Source of the DNA: Sinorhizobium meliloti
GTDB taxonomy: Bacteria; Pseudomonadota; Alphaproteobacteria; Rhizobiales; Rhizobiaceae
Direction: 5' to 3'
Assembly: GCF_017876815.1 (NCBI RefSeq)
Contig: NZ_JAGIOS010000001.1
Span: forward strand, 3,060,001-3,092,000
DNA length: 32,000 nt
Shown here: positions 9,141 through 17,484 of the stretch, one piece after another
Position numbering within the stretch: position 1 is the stretch's first letter
How the letters are laid out: each line of letters begins with the position of its first letter
Notes under the pieces: model-generated
Told to the model about the DNA's origin: nothing
Database searches by the model: none
What the model saw: only the letters and a program-made list of their open reading frames with translations
Made by a program: the position numbers and the translations under genes

Positions 9141-10022
9141 ATGCCCTTGGTCAGCCTCGCCAATGCCGGGGTGCGGCGAAACGGCAGGTGGCTCGTGCGC
9201 GGTGTCGATTTTTCGATCAGCCGCGGCGAGATCGTCACCCTCATAGGGCCGAACGGATCGGGAAAGTCGACGACGGCAAAAACGGCGATCGGGGTTCTCA
9301 AGCCGGATGAGGGACACGTCGAGCGGCTCGCAGGGCTGAAGGTCGGCTATGTGCCGCAGAAGCTTGCGGTCGACTGGACGCTGCCTTTGACGGTGGAGCG
9401 GCTGATGACGCTGACGGGGCCGCTTAAAGGTCGGGAAATCGAGGAGTCGCTCGCAGCGACGGGCATGCTGCACATGGCGAAGGCCGAGGTACAGCACCTT
9501 TCGGGTGGCGAGTTCCAGCGGGCGCTGCTTGCCCGCGCTATCGCCCGCAAACCCGACCTGCTGGTCCTGGACGAGCCGGTGCAGGGGGTCGATTTTTCCG
9601 GGGAGATAGCCCTTTACGAGTTGATCAAGCAGATCCGCAACCGCACCGGCTGCGGTATCCTGCTCATTTCCCACGATCTCCATATCGTCATGGCGGAAAC
9701 CGATACGGTCGTCTGCCTCAACGGCCATGTCTGCTGTCGCGGAACGCCGCAGGTGGTGAGCCAGAGTCCGGAATATCTCAAACTCTTCGGCCGCCGGGCC
9801 GCCGGCGCGCTTGCGGTCTACAGTCATCACCACGACCACACGCACCTCCCGGACGGGCGGGTGCTGCATGCGGACGGCAGCATCACTGAAAGCTGCTTCC
9901 CGGGCGACGGCCATCATCATCACGAAGAGGCCGACAACATTCATGACCACGATCCGGACTGCGGCTGCGGCCATCACGCGCGGCTCCAGGGTTACGACGG
10001 GACGGAGAAGCGCGATGCTTGA
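9141..10022 (+). CDS. znuC: Zinc ABC transporter ATP-binding protein ZnuC with an extended His/Cys-rich C-terminal tail
   Basis: Walker A GPNGSGKST, signature LSGGEFQR, Walker B LLVLDEP. Start chosen at ATG 9141 (MPLVSLANAGV), not the upstream GTG at 9087. The tail HHHDHTH...GDGHHHHEEADNIHDHDPDCGCGHH follows the ABC domain. Confidence 0.9.
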   Translation: MPLVSLANAGVRRNGRWLVRGVDFSISRGEIVTLIGPNGSGKSTTAKTAIGVLKPDEGHVERLAGLKVGYVPQKLAVDWTLPLTVERLMTLTGPLKGREIEESLAATGMLHMAKAEVQHLSGGEFQRALLARAIARKPDLLVLDEPVQGVDFSGEIALYELIKQIRNRTGCGILLISHDLHIVMAETDTVVCLNGHVCCRGTPQVVSQSPEYLKLFGRRAAGALAVYSHHHDHTHLPDGRVLHADGSITESCFPGDGHHHHEEADNIHDHDPDCGCGHHARLQGYDGTEKRDA

Positions 10023-10842
10023 CGATTTCTTCATTCGCGCGCTCGTCGCCGGAATTGGCATCGCCATGGTCGCCGGGCCGCTCGGTTGCTTCGTCATCTG
10101 GCGGCGCATGGCCTATTTCGGCGATACGATGGCGCATTCGGCGCTGCTCGGGGTGGCGCTCTCGCTGCTCATGGACCTCAACCTCATGGTAAGCGTGTTT
10201 ATCGTCGCCTCGGTCGTCTCGGTGCTGCTTCTCTTCCTGCAGAAGCGCGGCGCGCTCTCGACCGACGCGCTGCTCGGCATCCTCTCGCACTCGGCGCTGT
10301 CGATCGGCCTCGTCATCGTCGCCTTCATGACCTGGGTCCGGATCGACCTCGTCGGCTTCCTCTTCGGCGACATCCTCGCGGTTTCCCGCGCCGATATCGA
10401 CATCGTCTGGGGCGGTGGCATTCTGGTGATCTTCGCGCTCGTCTATCTATGGCGGCCGTTGCTCGCATCGACCGTCAATCCGGAGCTGGCCGAAGCGGAA
10501 GGCCTCAATCCCGAAAGGGCGCGGTTCTTTTTCATGCTGCTGATGGCTCTGGTGATTGCGATCGCCATGAAGATCGTCGGCATCCTGCTGATCACCTCGC
10601 TGCTGATCATACCGGCGGCGACCGCCCGTCGCTTCGCCTCGTCTCCGGAAGTCATGGCTGTCTGCGCCTCGCTGATCGGCGCGGTCGCCGTTGCCGGCGG
10701 GCTTTTCGGCTCGCTTCATTGGGATACGCCGTCGGGACCGTCTATCGTGGTTGCGGCGCTGGTCCTTTTCGTGCTGAGTCTGCTGCCGGTCGGCCGCCGG
10801 ATCGAGAGCGCCCCGCATACTTCGCATGGAGGACATCACTGA
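10015..10842 (+). CDS. znuB: Zinc ABC transporter permease ZnuB
   Basis: Start MLDDFFIRALVAGIGIAMVAGPLGCFVIWRRMAYFGD at ATG 10015, overlapping the znuC stop by 8 nt. Polytopic ABC-3 family permease. The upstream part of ORF 9811 is the alternative frame of the znuC tail. Confidence 0.9.
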   Translation: MLDDFFIRALVAGIGIAMVAGPLGCFVIWRRMAYFGDTMAHSALLGVALSLLMDLNLMVSVFIVASVVSVLLLFLQKRGALSTDALLGILSHSALSIGLVIVAFMTWVRIDLVGFLFGDILAVSRADIDIVWGGGILVIFALVYLWRPLLASTVNPELAEAEGLNPERARFFFMLLMALVIAIAMKIVGILLITSLLIIPAATARRFASSPEVMAVCASLIGAVAVAGGLFGSLHWDTPSGPSIVVAALVLFVLSLLPVGRRIESAPHTSHGGHH

Positions 10843-11237
10843 TGGTTACGCCCCAACTGACCAAGAACCAGTCGCTGGTGATGGGGGCGCTTGCCCATTC
10901 GGACGGTCCGATGAGCGCTTACACCATTCTCGACAAGCTGCGCGACAATGGCTTTCGCGCACCGCTGCAGGTCTATCGCGCACTCGACAAGCTGCTCGAA
11001 TACGGGCTGGTTCATCGGCTGGAGAGCCTCAACGCCTTCGTGGCCTGCAGCTGCCCGCATGAACACGAGCACGACCACGGCGTCACGGCCTTCACCATCT
11101 GCGAAGGCTGCGGCCAGGTGACCGAGTTTCATGACGAGGTGATCGAGGATCGGCTTTCCACGCTCGTGCGGGCGCAGGAGTTCAAGACCGAGAAGACGAC
11201 GATCGAGATCCGCGGACACTGCAAGAGCTGCGCGTAA
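10842..11237 (+). CDS. zur: Zinc uptake regulator Zur (Fur family)
   Basis: 131 aa, MVTPQLTKNQSLVMGALAHSDGPMSAYTILDKLRDNGFRAPLQVYRALDKL (winged helix). Metal sites HEHEHDH, CEGCG and CKSC. Its ATG overlaps the znuB TGA (TGATG). Confidence 0.88.
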   Translation: MVTPQLTKNQSLVMGALAHSDGPMSAYTILDKLRDNGFRAPLQVYRALDKLLEYGLVHRLESLNAFVACSCPHEHEHDHGVTAFTICEGCGQVTEFHDEVIEDRLSTLVRAQEFKTEKTTIEIRGHCKSCA

Positions 11238-11246
11238 GGCCGCGTA

Positions 11247-11777
11247 TCAATCCAGCAGCGTAAACTGGGCGGCGTAACGCTGCCAATTCTTCACATAATG
11301 TTCGGCCGAACGCTTCAATCCCTCGACTGCGGCGTCGTCGAGTGTCCGCACCATCTTGGCCGGAGCGCCGACGATGAGTGAATTGTCGGGGAATTCCTTC
11401 CCCTCGGTCACCAGCGCATTGGCGCCGACGAGGCAATTGCGGCCGATCTTCGCGCCATTCAATATCGTCGCTCCCATGCCGATCAGCGAATTGTCGCCGA
11501 TGGTGCAGCCGTGAACGATCGCCCGGTGACCGATGGTGCAGCCTTCGCCTATAGAAACCGGGTGACCGGGATCGACATGGATGATGACGGCCTCCTGGAT
11601 GTTCGTGCGCGCGCCGATGCGGATCGGCTCGTTGTCGCCGCGCAGCGTCGCGCCGAACCAGATGCCGACGTCCTCGCCGAGCTCAACCTGCCCGATGATA
11701 TTGGCGTCCGGCGCCACCCAATAGCTGCCTTCGGTCGGCGTCTGCGGTCTGAGCGGTCCTAGAGCGTAAAGCGGCAT
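11247..11777 (-). CDS. Gamma-class carbonic anhydrase family protein (hexapeptide-repeat, YrdA/PaaY-like)
   Basis: 176 aa with left-handed beta-helix hexapeptide repeats. Typical motifs WFGATLRGDNEPIRIGARTNIQE and HGCTIGDNSLIGMGA. Confidence 0.88.
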   Translation of the reverse strand: MPLYALGPLRPQTPTEGSYWVAPDANIIGQVELGEDVGIWFGATLRGDNEPIRIGARTNIQEAVIIHVDPGHPVSIGEGCTIGHRAIVHGCTIGDNSLIGMGATILNGAKIGRNCLVGANALVTEGKEFPDNSLIVGAPAKMVRTLDDAAVEGLKRSAEHYVKNWQRYAAQFTLLD

Positions 11778-11828
11778 TGGCGGCTGCGTCCTTTAATCGA
11801 AGGCGGTGACTTTCGCTCTTCCTGTTTC

Positions 11829-12515
11829 TCAAACGATATTGACGGAGATCGCGCCGATCCCGTCGATGCCGCAGGCGACGACATCGCCTTGCGTGACGGG
11901 ACCCACACCTGATGGCGTCCCGGTCATGATGATATCGCCCGGTGCGAGAGTGAAGAGGCGGGACAGTTCGGCGATGATTTCGGGCACCTTCCAGATCATT
12001 TGATCAAGATCGCCCTGCTGGCGCAGTTCGCCATTGACCTTGAGCCATATGTTGCCGCTTGCGGGATGACCGATCGCGGTGACGGGGACGATCGCGGAGA
12101 CCGGAGCGGAATGCTCGAACGCCTTGGCGGCCGTCCACGGCTTGCCGGCCTTCTTCGCTTCCGCCTGCAGGTCCCGGCGGGTGAAGTCGATGCCGACGCC
12201 ATAACCGAAGATGTGATCTGCCGCTTCCGAGACGGGAATGTCCGCTCCGCCGGTGCGCATCGCGACGACCAGTTCAACCTCGTGGTGAACGTCGGAAGAG
12301 CGCGTCGGATAGGGGAAATTCTCGCCCGGCGGCAGAAGATTGTCGGCGTTCTTCTGAAAGAAGAAGGGTGCCTCCCGGTCCGGGTCGTGACCCATCTCGC
12401 GGGCGTGGGCCGCATAGTTGCGGCCGACACAATAGACCCGGCGCACCGGAAACCCGACGGAACTGCCGGAGATCGGCAGCAGGATGAGCGGCGGGGGTGT
12501 CAGGGCTGTCTGCAT
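11829..12515 (-). CDS. Fumarylacetoacetate hydrolase (FAH) family protein
   Basis: 228 aa. Motifs VYCVGRNYAAHAREMG, HEVELVV, DFTRRDLQ and PGDIIMTGTPSGVGPV are typical of small FAH-family hydratases/isomerases. Confidence 0.88.
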   Translation of the reverse strand: MQTALTPPPLILLPISGSSVGFPVRRVYCVGRNYAAHAREMGHDPDREAPFFFQKNADNLLPPGENFPYPTRSSDVHHEVELVVAMRTGGADIPVSEAADHIFGYGVGIDFTRRDLQAEAKKAGKPWTAAKAFEHSAPVSAIVPVTAIGHPASGNIWLKVNGELRQQGDLDQMIWKVPEIIAELSRLFTLAPGDIIMTGTPSGVGPVTQGDVVACGIDGIGAISVNIV

Positions 12516-12701
12516 GATCGTCCGGCTCCATCATTCGGTCTCGGTCTGGCCCGAGCGGTTCGTTCGCAGAATCGACGCACCGGCACCGCCCGGTAAGTCA
12601 GGGCGACGCCGAAGCGAATCTGGAGAGAAGGACGTTAGCAGCCGGACGGGCTGCTGCAATAGGCAGAGCATGAGGATGATGCCGGAGCCGCGCTCTCGGG
12701 C

Positions 12702-12908
12702 TCAGGCGCAGCGCGCATAGGCCTCGAGTTGGTCACGCGTGAGGAAGCGCCCGTCGGACCGCGAGTTTAGCTCCGGATGGCTGTATTCGAGGCTCGGTAC
12801 CTGGGGAAGCTCAAGGGCCTGGCGTACGGTCATGATGCCGATTTCCTTCCGGCCGCTTTCGCGCTTCATGCTGACTTCGACGATACGATAGAGATTACGC
12901 TCTCTCAT
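12702..12908 (-). CDS. Small hypothetical protein (68 aa)
   Basis: The ORF has a GGGAGAG RBS just upstream of the ATGATG start and an AT-rich promoter-like region upstream (12912-13010). No family was recognised. Confidence 0.4.
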   Translation of the reverse strand: MRERNLYRIVEVSMKRESGRKEIGIMTVRQALELPQVPSLEYSHPELNSRSDGRFLTRDQLEAYARCA

Positions 12909-13354
12909 CATAGCTCTCCCGTATTATTTTCTTATGTCCCTCTTTTGATGGGACCTTAAACATTCGATATTGGTTTTTGTGAGACGGACTAAAATATAAC
13001 CCCGCAAGATGAAGCCTTCACGACAGAAATCGGGCGGTTTGGCGAAGATTTCCGACTTATTTCGAGGCTGGACCGCGCGATTGCGAAGGTCGCATTCCCA
13101 TATTCGCGGATTAAATCTCGGGATCGGTTATATTAGCGGTTTCTTTGTTTTTCAAGCGGTCCGACTGGGTGCAGGCGAATATTGCGCCGCACAAGAATTG
13201 TATTACGAATACATGGGCCCCGACTGGAGGCGCCGAGCAATGATCCGCGCAGGAGGCGGAGGATCACGCCATTCGCCATTCGCCATCGTCACCGGCAGCC
13301 GCCAACGCAAAGGATCGATCACGTGTCGCGGTCGGTTGCTCGGGTTATCGTGAG

Positions 13355-13591
13355 CTAGTGCGCTTTAAGGCGCGCCTCCTCAGCGGCGGAAAGAAAGAGT
13401 CTGCGTGCTTCCTCGCAGGTACGGCGCCCGTCGATCGCGGCGCGGCACGCGCTGCGCGCGGCGACATAATAGGGGCCGCGATAAGGCCAATGGTCCGCGA
13501 GGCACCGGAGCGCATCGGACGGTCCCTTGACCATGCGCACGTCACCCCCGGTCATTCCAAGCTCGATGGGATTGCTCCACAAGACCTGCAT
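13355..13591 (-). CDS. DUF982 domain-containing protein
   Basis: 78 aa. The pattern W..PI......G..R.V.GPSDALRCL.DHWP...GP.Y..A...C..A..G....EEAR..F..AAEEA matches the rhizobial DUF982 family. Strong GGAGGAG RBS 4 nt upstream of the ATG. Confidence 0.75.
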   Translation of the reverse strand: MQVLWSNPIELGMTGGDVRMVKGPSDALRCLADHWPYRGPYYVAARSACRAAIDGRRTCEEARRLFLSAAEEARLKAH

Positions 13592-14025
13592 GCTTCTCCT
13601 CCTGGATTGCAGCGACGCGGCAATCGTGCCCCGCGTCGTGGGTATGTTCGGTTCCTATCGGGCGACAAGCGACGGACACCGGCTTCGACTGCCGCTTTCC
13701 CGCTCCCGGGATCATGTACAAGAACGCTGCCGGGTCAGCCCCGGTTCCCTGCCGCGAAAGGCCGGAGACCGAGCCAAGCGCTTCAATGTAGCTCAGGGAT
13801 TCCGGTTTGTCCGCAATTTTGCTGAAACACAATTTTGCTTCTGTCCGCCGCCGCTGCGGCCGACCGGATATCTTCGCCGGAAGGGGCGCTAGCTCATCGC
13901 CGAACAAGCCCTTATCTGGAGTTGTCCTTTCCTTCGCCACCCGCATTGCGCTGCATCCCCTTAAATGGCGGGGTTTCAAGCACTTGGCCCCCATTCTATA
14001 CCTTTTCTGCTGTTGGAGGGCTGGA

Positions 14026-14274
14026 ATGGTGACGGTTGCAGAGATCCGTTTGACTTGGTTGCCGCTGCAGAATGGGACTTTCTGCGCGATGCTTGGCATA
14101 CATGAAGTCGCCTTTGTCATGAAACGGCAGGCCATGAGCGATTGGGCCTGGCGTATCTCCCATTGCAACGGTACCGGTGAAACAGGCTTCCGCTACGCGC
14201 CGACGCTCGAGGGCGCCAAAGCGGAAGTTCTTGCCGGCATTCAGGAGTGGTTCCGTCAGGCGGGGTTTCAATGA
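14026..14274 (+). CDS. Small hypothetical protein (82 aa)
   Basis: ATG 14026 is preceded by GGAGGG. The sequence looks protein-like (MVTVAEIRLTWLPLQNGTFCAMLG...TLEGAKAEVLAGIQEWFRQAGF). The upstream part of the 155-aa ORF has no support. No family was recognised. Confidence 0.4.
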   Translation: MVTVAEIRLTWLPLQNGTFCAMLGIHEVAFVMKRQAMSDWAWRISHCNGTGETGFRYAPTLEGAKAEVLAGIQEWFRQAGFQ

Positions 14275-14300
14275 GCTTCAACCGCCTCTGCCTGTGGCAG

Positions 14301-14398
14301 TAGAGCGGGATGAGGAGAAAAGTGTGCGGTTTTCCGTCCGCATCCCGCCCTAACTTCCTAGAGTCGATCACGTTCATGATGTCAGGTCGACCCGACCT
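14301..14398 (-). repeat. Repeat family B, copy B2 (inverted relative to B3, not associated with a family A element)
   Basis: The reverse complement aligns with 17485-17581. Shared features: hairpin AGGTCG-N3-CGACCT, CATGAACGTGATCG, and the long hairpin AGCGGGATG...CATCCCGC(T/C). Confidence 0.8.
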
Positions 14399-14433
14399 GA
14401 AATCATCGTGATTCAGCGACTATTGGTGCTGTG

Positions 14434-15186
14434 TCAGTCGCTCGAAGTGGAAGCCGGGGTTTCTCCACCGCCTGAGCCGGTATCCTGGCCGCCGCCGGAG
14501 CCGCTGTCCTGACCGCCGCCGGAGCCTTCGCCACCGCCGGAGCCGCTATCCTGGCCGCCGCCGGAGCCAGTGTCCTGACCGCCGCCGGAGCCTTCGCCGC
14601 CGCCGGAGCCGCTATCCTGGCCACCACCGGAGCCGCTGTCCTGACCGCCGCCAGAGCCGGTATCCTGACCGCCACCTGAGCCGCTGTCCTGACCGCCGCC
14701 GGAGCCTTCGCCGCCGCCGGAGCCGCTATCCTGGCCACCACCGGAGCCGGTGTCCTGACCGCCGCCAGAGCCGGTATCCTGACCGCCACCTGAGCCGCTG
14801 TCCTGACCGCCGCCGGAGCCTTCGCCGCCGCCGGAGCCGCTATCCTGGCCACCACCGGAGCCGGTGTCCTGACCGCCGCCAGAGCCGGTATCCTGACCGC
14901 CACCAGAGCCGGTATCCTGGCCGCCGCCGGAGCCTTCGCCGCCGCCGGAGCCGCTATCCTGACCGCCGCTGGAACCGGTATCCTGGCCGCCACCTGAGCC
15001 AGTCTCCTGACTTCCGCCTGGCGCGCTGCCGGCGTCGGCAACGACAAGGACGTCACCATGAGGACCGGCGAGCGCTGTACTCTGACGCAGGCCGTCATCG
15101 AACGACGCTAGTGAGGCAAATGGCGTGGCAACGACATAGGCGAGACCAAGCAATGAGCCGATGATAGTTTTTCCTGTTCTACGCAT
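14434..15186 (-). CDS. Secreted glycine-rich tandem-repeat protein, (GSGGGQD[ST])n with GGGEGS punctuation
   Basis: Signal peptide MRRTGKTIIGSLLGLAYVVATPFASLA. GGAAGGAAG RBS. About 190 aa consist only of G/S/Q/D/T/E repeats. This frame and strand were chosen because they are the only ones with a signal peptide and an RBS. Confidence 0.6.
   Translation of the reverse strand: MRRTGKTIIGSLLGLAYVVATPFASLASFDDGLRQSTALAGPHGDVLVVADAGSAPGGSQETGSGGGQDTGSSGGQDSGSGGGEGSGGGQDTGSGGGQDTGSGGGQDTGSGGGQDSGSGGGEGSGGGQDSGSGGGQDTGSGGGQDTGSGGGQDSGSGGGEGSGGGQDSGSGGGQDTGSGGGQDSGSGGGQDSGSGGGEGSGGGQDTGSGGGQDSGSGGGEGSGGGQDSGSGGGQDTGSGGGETPASTSSD
14461..15010 (-). repeat. Coding tandem repeat array: 24-nt units nested in 114-nt higher-order units
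   Basis: The marker GGAGCCTTCGCC recurs at 14521, 14587, 14701, 14815 and 14929 (spacings 66, 114, 114, 114 nt). The three 114-nt units are nearly identical. Confidence 0.9.
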
Positions 15187-15554
15187 TGTCCTGCTTCCTT
15201 CCCTAAAGTTTAGGACATGTTTCGAACCTCAGCCTCCAGCGCGGCGCAGGATGGCACAGAAAGTGCTGGCTTACGCAAGAATATTATAACTGACTGATCT
15301 GCAACAGAATATCCAGTTGCAGGCGCCGAGAGCTGCCCGATTTTGGCCACAAGATACAATCGACAGTATTAATTGCGAAGGAACAATACATCCAATAATC
15401 TGGTTCTGATCTGTTTCTTCTATCGGTTATATTAACGATCTCTCTTTCACTCGACGATTGTGCACGTGATTTGCTACAAGCCTCGGACCGCTGCCGCATG
15501 TAGCAATGGCAACGCAAAACGGGTTAAAAGGGATCAAACGAGAGCTGACGAGAC

Positions 15555-16712
15555 ATGATGGAATCGGTGCAAACTGACGGGAAGAGGGGAGAAAACAGGT
15601 ACTTCAAGGCGCCTGTCTTTGCCGTGGCGCCTATGATCGACTGGACCGATCGTCATTATCGGTTCTTCGCGCGCCAGCTCTCGAGCCATGCTCTGCTCTA
15701 TACGGAAATGATCGTCGCGGATGCGATCCTGCGAGGCGACCGGGAAAAGCTGCTCGGCCACGACACCTCGGAACATCCGGTCGCCCTGCAGCTCGGCGGC
15801 AGCGATCCGGCGAAGATGGCGGAGGCGGCGCGGATCGCCGAAGGCTTCGGCTACGACGAGATCAACATGAATGTCGGCTGCCCATCAGACCGGGTGCAGT
15901 CCGGCACCTTCGGCGCTTGCCTGATGCAGGAGCCGGCGTTGGTCGCCGACTGCATCGCGGCGATGAAGGCGGCGGTCAAGATTCCCGTCACGGTCAAATG
16001 TCGCATCGGCGTCGACGATCAGGATCCGGAAGTAGCACTTCGCGACCTCGTCCAGCGTGTCAAGGATGCCGGAACGGATGCCGTCTGGGTGCATGCCCGC
16101 AAGGCATGGCTCAAAGGGCTGAGCCCGAGAGAGAATCGCGAGATTCCGCCGCTCGATTATGGCCTCGTACACCGGCTCAAGGCGGAAAATGCGAATCTTT
16201 TCATCGGTCTCAATGGGGGTCTTCAAAGGCTGGATCAGGCGCTATCCCACCTCGATCCGCTGTCGCTGCCGACGGGAGGAACCACCGGGACTGCGGCAGA
16301 GCCGGCGTGCGGTGCTCCTCTCGACGGCGTGATGCTCGGCCGTGCGGCCTATCACGACAGCGGCCTGCTGACGGCCGCCGACGGCTATTTCGTCCACCCG
16401 CTGACGGGGGCCGAGCCCATGCCGGTCGATCGCGACGGCTTTTCCGATCATGACCATAAACTGTCGCTGGATTTCTGGTCCGGGATTCGTGACGCCATGG
16501 CGGACTATGCCGCCGCGCATATCGAGAATGGCGGCCGGCTGATCCACGTCACGCGGCACATGGTCGGGCTCTTTCAGGGCTGGCCCGGCGCGCGGCGCTA
16601 TCGTCAGATACTCTCTACCGAGGCCACCCGCAAGGACGCCGGTCCGCAAGTGATCCATGCTGCCTTCGACGCGGTGTTCGAGGCGGTAACGGCAAGGCAG
16701 GCGGCAGAGTAG
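15555..16712 (+). CDS. dusA: tRNA-dihydrouridine synthase A
   Basis: FAVAPMIDWTDRHYRFFARQLS, LYTEMI, VALQLGGSDP, INMNVGCPSDRVQSGTFGACLM, VTVKCRIG, RHMVGLFQGWPGARRYRQ. These are the full DusA signature. Confidence 0.92.
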   Translation: MMESVQTDGKRGENRYFKAPVFAVAPMIDWTDRHYRFFARQLSSHALLYTEMIVADAILRGDREKLLGHDTSEHPVALQLGGSDPAKMAEAARIAEGFGYDEINMNVGCPSDRVQSGTFGACLMQEPALVADCIAAMKAAVKIPVTVKCRIGVDDQDPEVALRDLVQRVKDAGTDAVWVHARKAWLKGLSPRENREIPPLDYGLVHRLKAENANLFIGLNGGLQRLDQALSHLDPLSLPTGGTTGTAAEPACGAPLDGVMLGRAAYHDSGLLTAADGYFVHPLTGAEPMPVDRDGFSDHDHKLSLDFWSGIRDAMADYAAAHIENGGRLIHVTRHMVGLFQGWPGARRYRQILSTEATRKDAGPQVIHAAFDAVFEAVTARQAAE

Positions 16713-16785
16713 CTCGACTGCGGCGCGAGTCTCCGCCGCCGGCGAGGGGAAGGTGGGCGGCAGGCCGGATGGGCGCTCTCCAATG

Positions 16786-16812
16786 AAAAACGGCGCCTCT
16801 TGCGAAGCGCCG
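16786..16812 (-). terminator. Rho-independent terminator of cspA
   Basis: On the minus strand: stem CGGCGC / GCGCCG extended by 2 bp around a tetraloop, followed by TTTTT. It lies 27 nt downstream of the cspA stop. Confidence 0.7.
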
Positions 16813-16839
16813 CTCTTCAAGCTTTGTCGAACGCCAGGC

Positions 16840-17052
16840 TTAGAGAGCCTGGAGGTTGACGGCCTTCGGGCCCTTGCCCATGCGATCCGGCTCCGTGTCG
16901 AAGCTGACCTCCTGGCCATCGTTCAATGTGGTGAGGCCTGCGGCCTGGACAGCGGTGATGTGGACGAAAACGTCCTTCGAACCGCCTTCCGGCGTGATGA
17001 AACCAAAACCCTTGTCCTGGTTGAAGAATTTGACGATGCCTTTGGTGGCCAT
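16840..17052 (-). CDS. cspA: Cold-shock protein (CspA family)
   Basis: 70 aa. [35 protein letters not shown] carries the RNP1 (KGFGFI) and RNP2 (VFVH) motifs. Confidence 0.95.
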   Translation of the reverse strand: MATKGIVKFFNQDKGFGFITPEGGSKDVFVHITAVQAAGLTTLNDGQEVSFDTEPDRMGKGPKAVNLQAL

Positions 17053-17484
17053 GGAAGAAGTCCTTTTCCTTCAGTCTGTCTTTGCCGCAACCCTGCGCTT
17101 CAATATCACGCATCGGTTGCTTTAGGTAGTGTGTCCGCGCCCCCGGGAGGAAGCGAACGTGTCGTCTTCAGCGAAATGCGCTGAAAGGCGTCGAGTGGTC
17201 ACGATATCGGGGAAAAGACGTCTACGATGCCGCTTGCGGCAGTCCCGGCGTCAAGCCAGGCTCAAAGCGAAAGTCCAGTCTCCGGGATTGAAAACGCCCG
17301 AACAGAGATAGGATTGGCAGTATTCCGCGAAAAAGGCAAGGGGGAGTTCTTGCGACCTCGCACCTGCGGCGATGCCTTATGCCGAAGCGCCGGCGTGACC
17401 TCTCGGTGCCATCTGCCGCAGGACGAATGTCGTGGATTGCTTCGTTTGACCACATTTTCGTCCCGGCACTGGATCACGATGTTT

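Noticed and set aside
9129-10109. 326-aa minus-strand ORF, and the long plus-strand ORFs 9811-10842 and 10086-11237 in their listed full lengths
   Set aside because: The minus ORF is antisense to znuC. The N-terminal parts of the two plus ORFs are alternative frames of upstream genes. Only the portions from 10015 (znuB) and 10842 (zur) look like real proteins.
13009-14168. ORFs 13009-13353 (+, 114 aa), 13358-13825 (+), 13527-13892 (+) and 13542-14168 (-, 208 aa)
   Set aside because: They have no RBS, their composition is not protein-like (Arg/Ser/Cys-rich), and they overlap each other or the DUF982 gene. The region is treated as non-coding or decayed.
14461-15010. Possible CRISPR array, or RTX (GGXGXDXUX) calcium-binding repeats
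   Set aside because: The repeats are contiguous with no unique spacers and lie in a coding frame, so this is not a CRISPR array. The peptide unit GSGGGQD[ST] lacks the Gly at position 4 and the hydrophobic position of RTX nonapeptides.
14403-15098. Ala/Pro/Val-rich 231-aa alternative frame of the first tandem-repeat gene
   Set aside because: It is the same strand in a different frame. It has no signal peptide or RBS, and the frame stays open only because of the repeats. The Gly-rich frame has both a signal peptide and an RBS. This choice remains an inference.
15284-15517. 77-aa minus-strand ORF in the AT-rich region upstream of dusA
   Set aside because: It has no RBS, odd composition and lies in a likely divergent promoter region. 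There is not enough support to call it.
15187-15554. An intact dusA-targeting genomic island
   Set aside because: No tyrosine integrase gene lies upstream of dusA, and I could not see a duplicated dusA 5' segment. Only a possible remnant or variable region is reported.
17053-17480. Several 60-94-aa ORFs upstream of cspA, and a possible structured cspA 5' leader
   Set aside because: The ORFs overlap each other and lack RBS sequences. A long csp leader is plausible, but I could not define its boundaries or a cold-box from sequence alone.
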